Positions 25,235 to 35,696 of a stretch of DNA of 64,000 bases are shown here, in pieces (the stretch's first letter is position 1; the number at the start of each line of letters is the position of its first letter). Below the pieces are notes generated by a model that made no database searches, was not told where the DNA came from, and saw only the letters and a list, made by a program, of their open reading frames with translations. The DNA lies in the NCBI GenBank assembly GCA_002269645.1, contig NIVC01000296.1:1-64000 (forward strand). Direction: 5' to 3'. The DNA is from Macrostomum lignano (lineage: Eukaryota). The position numbers and the translations under genes were made by a program.

Positions 25235-28200
25235 TTAGTCAGGTGCAACAATAATTCCGGGCCGGAAGCCGAGCCGGCAGGCGGGCCGGCAGACGGGACG
25301 GGCATCATCTTCCTTGGTGTCAGCGCCGATGACAAGGTTGTCGACGTAGAGGCCGCCGATGATGCGCTCGAGCTCGGGTCGGGTTAGGTCGGAATCTCCA
25401 GAGTTAATTGCGTCCAAGCAGATCTTGTGGAGGACCGCCAGGAGAATCCACGGGCTGGGAGAGGCGCCCATGACGATGCGAGTGAAGCGCCAGAGCTCGA
25501 AGTTGCCTTGTACTAGCGGCTTGGTGATATCCTTTGGAAGAATGATGCGGAGGGCGTCGCGGTGAGGCTCGTGAACACCTATCTGGTAGAAGGCGGCCTT
25601 GAGGTCAGATGAGATGCTGAACCGGTGAGCGCGGTGAACTAGAAGGACTTGAAGCATTGAGGTCAGCAGGTTGGGCCCAGGCTCTAGGAGGTCGTTGAGT
25701 GTAGCGCCAGCGAGCGAGGTCTTAGCAGAAGCGTCGACGACGGGGCGGATCTTTGTCGTGTTGGAGCTCTCCTTGATGACTGGGAAGTGCGGCAGAATCT
25801 GGATAACTGGGCTAGCTGCCCTTCCAGGGTTGACTCGTTCCAGGACACCTTCTTGCTTGCGCTTCTCGAACTCGGCATAGTATGCTTCGCGCTCTTTTTT
25901 TAGAGAGGCAGGGGGTTGTGTGCACCCTGGCGCACTTTAAGCGACATTGGCACACAACCGGCGAGAGGCATTACTGCCCATTCCGCCGACTCCCCTGAGC
26001 AGGCATACAAGCGCGCGGATACGTACGCAGGCACACACTCACACAGGAGTGTACAGCGGCCCTAACTTTATATTATCGTTAGGCATGTACACTTCACTGC
26101 GCCTTGGGGGGTTGGCTCTCAAGGCCGTTAATTGCACGAGCAGAGCCAAGCCGAGATTCCAATTCAGCCCCAAATTAATGTGACTGCACTTGGAATCGAG
26201 CCTGGGTCGCTGGCACACCAGAGCAGCTGCGCTACCGCTGGGCTACGGCCCCCCTATGCTTCGCACTCGGGAAGGCTGAGGCGGCGGTGGGTGGCTTGAG
26301 CACGACCGAAGGCCTGGCCAAAGTTGGAAGGTAGGAGCTCGGCACCAGGCTTGAATGGCAGTTCGACGGAGATGCGACCGTCAGGGCCGCGGGTAGAGGA
26401 GGCGAGGAGGCGCTGAGTGGGTACGTCGTCCTGCAGGCATGGCTTTCCGGCACCCTTATCGATACCCAGAGCCTCGAGATTGGACATGCGGTCGAGGAGC
26501 GTCTCAAGGCGAAGTCCACCGTCTTCGAGATAAGCATTAGCGACGAGAACCTGGGAGGAGCCAAGGAAGCCGTTGATGCGCCGGGTGTTCGTGCTGTCGA
26601 GGGAGCCGTTGAGAATTGCGCCGAAGGGTGTCAGGAATGCGGTGAGGGTTGGTCGCAGAGCCAAGGCAGGAACGGCGGGGCCGATCAGGAGCTGGATGAC
26701 GTCGCCGTCGAGGATGAGATCGAGAGAGATGTCTTTGTCACGGGCAGGTGGAAGGTTGCAGACGCCGTTTGGGACGCTCTTGAGGGTGTTGAGGACGTCC
26801 TTTGGAAGATCGACGGCGGGCATGTAGATCAGAGCTGCCAGCTGTTCAGACGCGAGGGCGGTGATTGGCCAGCGGCGGCCATCCGGAGCCTGGAGGTCGA
26901 GGCTTACAAGATTCGCGGTGACGGAGCACCTGGACTCTGCATGAAAAGTAGATGTGGCAATCATAAGCTTCCTGGCAGCCTTGAGTCCAAGCTTGCGAGC
27001 GACGGCGCCGTCGAGGTGAGAGTAGGAGCACCCTGAGTCGAGGAGGATGTTGCAATCGACGGTGCGGCCGTTCTTCGGGTTGACGGCCGTTGCGCGGAGG
27101 GTCGCCACGATGGTTGGAACGAGGCCTCCGTCTGCTGAGGCAGAGACGAGAGAGTTTACTGTCTCCTTGGAGTTCGAATCTCCAACGGCAGCGTTGAGGT
27201 TGGCGTTTGAACGAGGAATCGCCGAACGTTGATTGGAACTCGCAAAGGTGGCTCCGTGGAGAGTAGTGTGGTGCAGCCCGTCGCACTCGCGGCATCGTTG
27301 GGTGTCACGGCAGTCCCGGGTGTGGTGGCTGCGGAGGCAGTTGCGGCAGAGGTTTTTCTCTCGGACGATCTTGAGGCGGTCATCGGGCTTCCGCACCTCG
27401 CTGCAGAACATGGCGATGTGGTCAGAGCTGTCGCAGTAGATGCAACTGCGTCTTGGCTTCTGTTGTTGACTGACAGAAGGGACGAGTGACGCAGATGGGC
27501 GAGGCGCAGCATTGGTGAGAGGAGCAGGTCCGGCGCGAGGAGCTGCATGCAGTCGGTGTCCGCCTGAGCTGCGAGTGGATGGCGGCCGAGACGCTGCGTT
27601 GCCCAGAAGACTGGCGGAGGCGAATGGCGCAGCTGGCACTGTGGCTGAGGCGGCTCTGAGGGTCTTGAGCTTGCAGTCAAGATGGTCCTGGAGCTCTGCC
27701 ATGGTGGGCATGAGAGGCTGTCTATTAGAAGCGCGAATATTGCGGATCTCGCTCTGGAATTCAAGTGGCAGGCGGCTCTGCGTAGACATAGCTGTCGAGG
27801 GTGCAGGCAAGCTCGCCAAGGCGGAGAAGCTGGCCGGTGGCCAGGCGGAGGGCGTCCGTGAATTCCTCGAGCTCACCCAGGTCGGAGGCAGAGCTGCAGT
27901 GAAGGGCGAGGAGACGCTGGAAGGAGGCGTTCTTTTGCTCCTGTGTGTCGGCGTAGTTGGCCTGAAGGACACGACAGGCCTCGGCGTAGGCGTTTGGCTG
28001 GCAGGCGTCGAGGGCACCGAGCTTCTTGAGAGCGGAGCCGGAGAGCAAACCGCGAAGCGCCTCAAATTTGTCGACGTCGTTGAGGCTGGAGCGGTCAACG
28101 CGGTAGACGAAGGCGTCCCAGAAGCCCGGAAATGCAGCAGGGTCCGTGCCGTCGAAGGTCGGGAGATGCACGTTCTTGAGAATGGTGGAGCGGATGAGCC

Positions 28201-28530
28201 CGGCCGGATCGTGAGCATCCGATGCGGGCGTTGAGGCAACTGGTGTCGAGGCTGGACGGACGGTGGCGGCGAGCTGCTGAATGAGCTGCTGGTTCTGCTG
28301 CATCATCGCGGTCATGGAGGCGATGAGGGCGTTTACGTCGACGGAGGCAGCGGGAACTGTTGCAGAGATCGGAGTTGTGGAAGGAGCAGCGGGAGGAGCA
28401 GTAGATGTCGTGGCGGATGAAGCAGCTGGCGGCGGGTCACTGGCTTCGACGGGTGGCTGCTCCGCGGCAGTGGTCGCTTCAGCAGAGGCTGTGCTGTGGT
28501 CGTTCTGGGACTGCTGGTGGTCGCCAGATT
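25235..28530 (-). mobile_element. BEL/Pao LTR retrotransposon, gag-protease-RT portion, frameshifted and 3'-truncated
   Basis: DUF1759-like gag (LPTFDGTDPAAFPGFWDAF), three zinc knuckles, protease ILLDSGCSYS, PHFPVIKESSNTTKIR.VVDASAK, SDLKAAFYQI and LYVDN. Candidate PBS TGGCGACCAC at 28526-28517. Confidence 0.9.
25895..26254 (-). mobile_element. tRNA-derived SINE (360 bp), copy 1, inserted in the BEL pol gene
   Basis: Head GGGGCCGTAGCCCAGCGGTAGCG...GGCTCGATTCC (A/B boxes) and poly(A) tail. 14-bp TSD tatgcttcgc(g/a)ctc at 25881-25894 and 26255-26268. Removing it restores the reading PECEAYYAE. Confidence 0.9.
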
Positions 28531-28569
28531 GGTCAGTTCTCTGGGGGAAAACAGACTAACTGATAATCA

Positions 28570-28814
28570 CAGGCGAACAAAACTGTATCGCTCAACAAAG
28601 TAGATGTCAATCATCCTCTGGCAGTGCTCGTGCAGCTTCTCCACCTCAGCTTGCAGGTGCTTGTCCTCAAGCTGCGAGAACCAGTGCAACGCGGCCTGCT
28701 TGTCATCTTGTAATGTGAAACTCCTCTTGTAGTCTTCAGCCATTTGAACAGAAATCTGTCGCACAAGTTAAAGCCCGGGCTGTAGGCACTCTGCCAAAGC
28801 AGATTCACTCGTTG
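28570..28814 (-). pseudogene. Mariner transposase C-terminal fragment
   Basis: LLWQSAYSPGFNLCDRFLFKWLK resembles the mariner YSPDLAPxDFxLF motif; continues from 31142-31690 after the TIR insertion. Confidence 0.7.
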
Positions 28815-31141
28815 TCCAGGTGAATCGGATTTGACCGGAGAGTGCGCCAGAGATTCCCAGACGAAGTCAATAAAGTACTGACAGTAGAGGAAAGAATAGA
28901 ATGGAGGGCTAATCTGAGCCAGTTACTTTTGTTTCGCTCAATCTTCACTTTTAACATCCCTTTCCCCCCGTTCGTTCCTATTGGCTCGTGACTGCCATAG
29001 ACAAACTCGTTTTCGTCTCGTGTTTTGTTTCCGGCCCCCTCTGAAAGTAATATCGTGGACTATGCATGACTATATGCCCGTGGAAACAGCATGCAAGGCT
29101 TTGAACAAAAATTCCATCTGCGTCCCTCTGTACATTAGGTCAATTCTCTTTCAGCAGAATCCTCCCACTGTCCGTAAAAAAGTACCGCACGAAATCGATG
29201 GCCTTGCAGTATAACTTTGAATGCTTCTTCATCTTTTTTAGCTCAACCAAAACTCTCTGCAGGCGAAAAGTAACTGTTGACAGCTGCCTGCGATACAGCT
29301 TCAACTTCGGCAAATAGCACATACGTATGAGCGTGAAGCTTTAGAGCTGGCCTGCGAGCGAAACAGCTTTCTTTACAGCTTTTGTAAACTTACATCTCTT
29401 CTCGTCCAGTCAGCTTCTCCTTTAGCCGACTTGCATTTCATTTCTGACGATTCTGATTCGCCATAGAATGCTGTGACTCCTCTGAGGTTGAAGCATCCAA
29501 CTGGTTGTCCGCTAGAAGTCTCGGCTTAGGCACAGAGTTGGGTTTGAGTCGCTTTCTGCTCTTTCCAGGAGACTGATCCCCTTGTTGCATGATGATGTCA
29601 GAGCCTGCGATTCTGGCAGCGAATGGCATGTCAGCTTAGTTGAACTACACGAAAAACTGAAAATCTGAAAAAGCATATTTTGATGTGAGTGACCACAGAA
29701 TATAGACAGAATGCCCGATCGGCTGTCGCGTGATGTTTTGAAAATAAAATGCAAACAAACTACTTTTGTGGTGAAGCGGAGCAGTAGTTATGAAAATTTG
29801 ATATGTAGAACGAGGGAATCAACCACTTGAAGGCAGGGATATATTGAGTCACCAAGCAGGACACACCCAGGAAAAAAGAGGACGCCGTGTCACTCGAAAC
29901 TAGTAAACAGATTGGAGTTTCGTAGCACACGTGCATCGTTCATGCTACCTGGCCACGAGGAGTTCGCATAGAAAGTATGTGAAGTATGTGAAGTATGTGA
30001 AAGTATAGAAAAATAATATATATGTAGACTCTGCGTACGATTCTATAAAATTAGATATTGCTTCAGAATTGAAAATTAGCGGGTTTGGCAGTGCCCAAAT
30101 TGGAATAAAACCGTAGGCGTTTCAACCAATCATTTATTTGAGACAAATAACATATTTGAAAACATAATTTAATTATTATTATTAATTCACCAATTTACTC
30201 CAACATGTATTCGCTGCTCCAGTTCCAATTACATGTACACTTTCCCCAATCGATTACATTCCTCAACCAGCGTTCAGTCGCCTCAGCTTTCTCTGCACTG
30301 GTACAAGTGCAGTCCCTCTTCCGCTTTTCCTGTTCTGCGCCAGAACTGTTGCACCAATGGTGGAGCCTCAGATTGGTGTACAGCGTTGCTAAACCAAAAG
30401 TACAGCATTTGTTGTGCTCATCAGAATGAGTTCGTATGAGAGTTCGAGCTGAACTGAGAAACAAAGCTCTAACACTGGCGCCAACACGCGGCTCGTGGAA
30501 TTTATCTGACGGTACATGAACGTAACTTTCACGCTTTGCTGGGAATCGATGAAATCTCGTTTGTGCAAGAAATTTGTTTGCGTAGTTCTGGCAGCTATAT
30601 GCAGCGCATTCTTGATGCTGTCATACTGTTACAGTTGTCTCTGTTGGTGCCTTGGTTGCTGCTAGTCACTGCCTTATTCATGTCAGTAGCAGCAGCAGCG
30701 GCCACAGAATATACAGTATATATATATAAGACTGCAGTCTCAGTCGTCTATGGCACAACCCCCCCCCAAGCCGCATACGCGTAAGTATAAGTGACTACTA
30801 TCTTTCTTCACCACAAAAGTAGCTAAATACGCAAATACTTTTTGCGGCAGATTTTTCTGTGAGAGGGCTGATCGGGCATTCTGTCTATATTCTGTGGCTG
30901 TGACATACCTTTCAGTGGGGGGCGAAAACAAAAAACCGAGACGAGAACGAGTTTGTCTATGGCAGTGACGAGCCAATAGGAAGGAACGGGGGGAAAGGGA
31001 TGTTAAAAGTGAAGATTGAGCGAAACAAAAATAACTGGCTCAGATTAGCCCTCCATTCTATTCTTTCTCCATGGTCAGTAATTTATTGACTTTGTCTGGG
31101 AATCTCTGGCCCACCCTCCGGTCAAATCCGATTCACCTGGA
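28815..31141. mobile_element. 2.3-kb element with about 235-bp TIRs inserted in a mariner, carrying foreign TE fragments
   Basis: 28815-29050 is the reverse complement of about 30905-31141 (tccaggtgaatcggatttgacc...). No TSD; the central part of the host mariner is missing. Confidence 0.8.
29813..29975 (-). mobile_element. Captured fragment of the neighbouring Harbinger transposase
   Basis: Near-identical reverse-complement copy of 32861-33023. Confidence 0.85.
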
Positions 31142-31690
31142 GTCCCCAGCACCCAGCCAGCAGCGGTTGTGTGTCTTGATGCCTTTCCCATTCAGGTGGA
31201 GCCAGGTTTTATCCTCAACAACCAGGCAGTTTAGAATCTCCTCCAAGCCTTGGTCGCTGAACACCTTGCGGATCTGCTTGGCGCAGTTCATACGAGCCTG
31301 CCGCTGGTCGGCATTGAGTTCATGGGGCACCCAGACTGAGCAGACATTGCGGAGATAGAGATCCTCTGTCAGGATGCAATAATAGACTGTCTTGAAATCC
31401 ATCTCCAAGCAGTCCACTAGCTCCCTGACCGACTGTCTAGGGTCTTCCTTGACTTGGTCGCTGAAGACGTCGGTGTTCTCTGTCGTCCTGGTTGAACATG
31501 ATTGACCAGATCTGGCGACACGCAGGACTACTGAAGTGCTGAAACCACCTGTAAATTGTCCTTCAAATTGGGCAGTTGTTTGGCAGTGTGGTCCGGAGAT
31601 CCTCCTCTAATTCTGCTGCAGATTTTTCAAGCTTAGAGCGAACGAAAGCGTTGAACTGAATGTGCGTCTCGTTATGATTCATGGTGATTT
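31142..31690 (-). pseudogene. Mariner transposase N-terminal fragment
   Basis: HTH region (RTIYRWF), VCSVWVPHELNADQRQARM and LVVEDKTWL. Confidence 0.8.
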
Positions 31691-31960
31691 CGCTCGCAGC
31701 ATAGACAAGCTTCTACCACGCTGCACTTGCTAAATCTGCTAAACGAATTCTTGAGATAGGTTGGGCCATAGACGTCTTTTGATGCCTCACCACGGTTGCT
31801 TCTGGGGCCAATTTTACGAAGCACTTACCAATCTCCATTTTACAAAGCACTGATTTTTTACCACTCATCAACCATCGATAACCATAAACAATTTTGTGTG
31901 GCAGAGGTGCTGAATCCAATTTTACCAAGCTCTTATCAGTCTACGCTCGTACCACTGGTA

Positions 31961-32320
31961 TTTTTTTATTAGAGGCAGGGGGGTTGTGTGCACCCTGGCG
32001 CACTTTAAGCGACATAGGCACACAACCGGCGAGAGGCATTACTGCCTATTCCGCCGACTCCCCTGAGCAGGCATACAAGCGCGCGGATACGTACGCAGGC
32101 ACACACTCACACAGGAGTGTACAGCGGCCCTGACTTTATATTATCGTTAGGCATGTACACTTCACTGCGCCTTGGGGGTTTGGCTCTCAAGGCCGTTAAT
32201 TGCACGAGCAGAGCCAAGCCGAGATTCCAATTCAGACCCAAATTAATGTGACTGCACTTGGAATCGAGCCTGGGTCGCTGGCACACCAGAGCAGCTGCGC
32301 TACCGCTGGGCTACGGTCCC
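31961..32320 (-). mobile_element. tRNA-derived SINE, copy 2, inserted in the Harbinger
   Basis: Near-identical to 25895-26254; perfect 15-bp TSD ctcgtaccactggta at 31946-31960 and 32321-32335. Confidence 0.92.
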
Positions 32321-32399
32321 CTCGTACCACTGGTAAGAAATCGTAGATAAAATCAAGCAAATTTTAATCCACCCTCGAAGCAGGATAAATATCAAAATC

Positions 32400-33306
32400 A
32401 TGGACCCTCTTCAACTGTGGAATATCAACGAAGAGCCCGTTCAACGAGCACAGAGGGTATACATCCAGAGAGAATTCTTTGAGGACGACAGGGACTTTGT
32501 TCAACGCTTCAGATTGAACAGAAATACGTTTGAAGAGTTGGAACGCCAGAGCGGACCTGTGCTCCAGCGACAAACTAATCTTAGCTGCGCATTGACACCT
32601 ACTCAGCAAATGCTGACGGCGCTACGTTTCTACGCTACAAACTCGTATTCCATTTGATCAGGGAAGCACATGGACCAGCAAGGTGTGGAGAATCTGGCAG
32701 TGGAATTTTTCCAGCTTGGTGGAATGCCTAGCATATGTGGCGCAGTAGATGGAACATTGATTAATATTCGCACCCCACATGAGAACGAGGCTCAGTTCGT
32801 GGACAGAAAGGGCGGACATTCACTGAATGTCATGGTTGTCTGCAGACCGAAGCACCAACTTTTCTATGTGAACTCCTCGTGGCCAGATAGCATGAAAGAT
32901 GCACGTGTGCTACGAAACTCCAATCTGTTTACTAGTTTCGAGTGACACGGCGTCCGCTTTTTTCCTGGGTGTGTCCTGCTTGGTGACTCAATATATCCCT
33001 GCCTTCAAGTGGTTGATTCCCCCCGTTCTACAAAACAACCTGACAGAGAATCGGTTTAATTCAGCTCATCGCCACACACGCAGCATCGTTTAAAGGGCCA
33101 TTGGCTTGTTAAAAATCCGATTTCCATGTCTGCGCATGTTAAGAGTCAAGGGACCCGCGTACGCCAGTGAAATCGTGAAAGCTTGTTCAGTGCTGCACAA
33201 TTCTTGCATCGTACACAAGGGTGCCATTGATGACGGTGCAGTTCTGCAGTATTTCGCTGAAATTGAGAACGTTGCGATTGGTGTGGAGTCCTTGCGTCGC
33301 TGGTGA
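32400..33306 (+). pseudogene. Harbinger (HARBI1-like) DDE transposase with stops and a deletion
   Basis: FVQRFRLNRNTF, LTALRFYAT, CGAVDGTLI, DRKGGHSLNV, WPDSMKDARVL, FNSAHRHTRSIV and LLKIRFPCL...ACSVLHN. Confidence 0.88.
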
Positions 33307-33624
33307 TTCTCTGCCTATGCTTTGTAGGACGATCTCGTCTACGTCAGATAAGTCAGCTGCCTTGCCTCCAGCAGCGCCAGTCTGTTTACTGTTGTCGACT
33401 TTCTTTAGAGTCGTACTCCGCAGGTTCTTCCACATCACGTCACGGGTATGCTGCACGGTGGCCGCATCCGTGTATCCGTTTGCGCGCAACACCTCAATTA
33501 TTTCCGACCATGCTTCCTTCTTCCGTCGGTTTCCATCACTGATGTTGGTAAAGCTTCCGAACAGGATTTCTTTGCGCTCTAAAATTTCGCGCAAAAACAA
33601 ACGCTTCTGATCCCTGGACAGCAT
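33187..33624 (-). CDS. Harbinger accessory Myb/SANT-like DNA-binding protein
   Basis: KEILFG...KKEAWSEI...MWKNLRS..LKK...TGAAGG pattern; convergent with the transposase inside the TIRs. Confidence 0.8.
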   Translation of the reverse strand: MLSRDQKRLFLREILERKEILFGSFTNISDGNRRKKEAWSEIIEVLRANGYTDAATVQHTRDVMWKNLRSTTLKKVDNSKQTGAAGGKAADLSDVDEIVLQSIGRESPATQGLHTNRNVLNFSEILQNCTVINGTLVYDARIVQH

Positions 33625-34075
33625 GGCCCAAGCTCTATTAAGTCACAGTGGCGAACCAAGAAAGCTAGTGACCTCTTTCCACTCAGAAATGAAGAAATAC
33701 GAAACGACATTTAAGAGACGATTTCTTGTCCCCTTCTACTTGTCGCGACTTTTGTTTTATTTGTCTATGGGTCAACTTCGAAATTTGGTAGCAAGCGAGC
33801 TTCAATCCATTCATTAAATTTTAAGCACTGGTTGGCTACTTATCGACCAAGCAACATCTTTTATCAGTGCTTCGTAAACTCGAAATTATCAGCACCATCG
33901 GCTACCAGTGATTTTTTTACCACTGGTTATTAACCAGTGCTTCGTAAAATTTGCCCCTGATGGTTAGAAAACAAAAAGAAACGCTTTCTGTTTGTGGGAT
34001 GATTTTCACAGACAGTGCTATGATCCGACTTCCGTTCTGTTTGACCTCCGCAGGTGCAGTTGCAAGAACTTTGCT

Positions 34076-34800
34076 CTAAGAAGAACATTGACAATGGTCG
34101 CAGAACGACTGGCTTAGCACTAAATGGATTTTCAACATAACTTCGAGCACTGTTCGAGCAGTTTTGTTAGGATTGTCATGCTCGGTGATTGACCGAGCAT
34201 ATACGGGCATCGATAGCGGATAGTCAGTTCCAGGGTGGTAAAGAACTTCATGCGCCTGAGCCGGGCACTGAGCAACACCTGCAAAACTGAAAAAAAAATT
34301 TTCGCCACTCATTTTACGGTCCACACCGAATTTGCCTTCCAAAGGATCTGCGCGGAATTTAGAGAGCAGTACATACTGCATAGAACCAGCCTCCAAGAGC
34401 TTGCAGCACATTTCAACAATTCAGAAAAGGCAGTAAAGCGCTGGTGACGAACGCGGCCTCTAACACCGCCACGCTCAGAAACGGCCTCTGCAAAAGCACG
34501 TAAGAAAAAGAGACGTTCATCAGAGACGGACGATACTACTTTCGATTAGAATCATTTAGCTTTACATGCAAGTGGGGATTGCTGCAGTTTACTGTCTTCC
34601 AGAACTTCACAATACATCGAACAAATTTGCAGTATCAAAAAGCCACCTTGTCGTCGAATACCTGTAGAGCTAGGGAGACGTATGTCTTCTGGATTCCATT
34701 CGGGTAGCACGCTCAATGAATTAGATTTTTTCCGTCGGACAACCTTGTCCCCTCAGCCTTGAAATCCTGTACAATGTGGCTGTTGCGATGCGAGTTGAGC
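34076..34800 (-). pseudogene. P-element/THAP9-like transposase fragment
   Basis: YVLLSKFRADPLEGKFG..RKMSG.NF motif plus an upstream VKFWKTVN-like segment. Confidence 0.7.
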
Positions 34801-35340
34801 TAACAGAAAAACTTAGCTCTCTCACTTGAGAGCTCGAGCTCAATACGATATATTTCAATTTTCTTTGGGTATACCATAGACAACAGTACAAAATCTCCCC
34901 CTTTAAAGTCAGCAGCCCTTATCTCCCCATTTCAAATTAAATTGTTCACGTAAAGGACTTTTTGCTGGGATCGACTTGAAACCTTCCGGGGGTCTCCTGA
35001 TTCGCCGGCTGCAACAAGGTTCATTCTGTTCGATTTGACTGGTCCACTGATGAAGGCTTCTAAAGCTTTAATGATCTCCTGGGCGTTGTCCTTGTTCTCC
35101 TTTTTAAGTTGCGACAGGCTATTGTGGCGGCCCAATCAGCACGCAGCCAGCGATTGCGAGTACATCTGCACTGAAACTCCCTGCCCGCCAAGCTGGGGGG
35201 TGGGTGTATTCGGACAGACAGTCAGTGTGATAAGTCGGGGGGGGGGGGGGGTTCGTGCCACCTTTTTGGCGCACCTCCCCATGTGATCGCGTGCTTATTT
35301 ATACCTGACGCGTAAAACTTTTACTTTTCTTGCTTGCAAC

Positions 35341-35696
35341 TTACTTCGTTTTTCCGCAAGCCGCTAAACTATCCACTATCTTGAGCGTCTCCATGCTCAG
35401 GCACTGCCGAAGGGCGAATAGTTGGTATTTCTTCTGTTCCTCTTCAGCCTCGATGTCGTCAAGCCCAGACAGCTCTTCGAACGCTTCCCACATCAACTTC
35501 CATTGTGGAAACAAGCTTCTTAGAGTTTTAATATCGAATTGTGGAGTGCTTTGAACATCGATTTTCGGCGCCATGGCCACAGGAATGCCTCAGGATACGA
35601 GCAGATCTTGCGAAATTCTCTCGCTTAGTTCATGCAACTGCTTGCGACGCCATGTTGCGACGCGAGTTGAGCGAACAGAAAAACAGAAAAAACTTA
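35341..35696 (-). mobile_element. 5' stub of a second Ty3/gypsy element (LTR end, PBS, gag N-terminus)
   Basis: ...gtcgcaaCA followed by PBS-like TGGCGTCGCAAG (35652-35641), then MAPK...FPQWKLMWEAF..SGL...LRQCLS. Confidence 0.6.

Larger units (their letters stand above)
31805..33956. mobile_element. PIF/Harbinger element with TIRs, a 3-bp CTG TSD and two convergent ORFs
   Basis: TIRs GGGCCAATTTTACGAAGCACT / AGTGCTTCGTAAAATTTGCCC; TSD ctg at 31802-31804 and 33957-33959; transposase plus Myb/SANT ORF. Confidence 0.88.

Noticed and set aside
30410-34525. CTGATGA hammerhead-ribozyme cores (minus strand at about 30420 and 34520)
   Set aside because: No stem II followed by GAAA, and no flanking helices.
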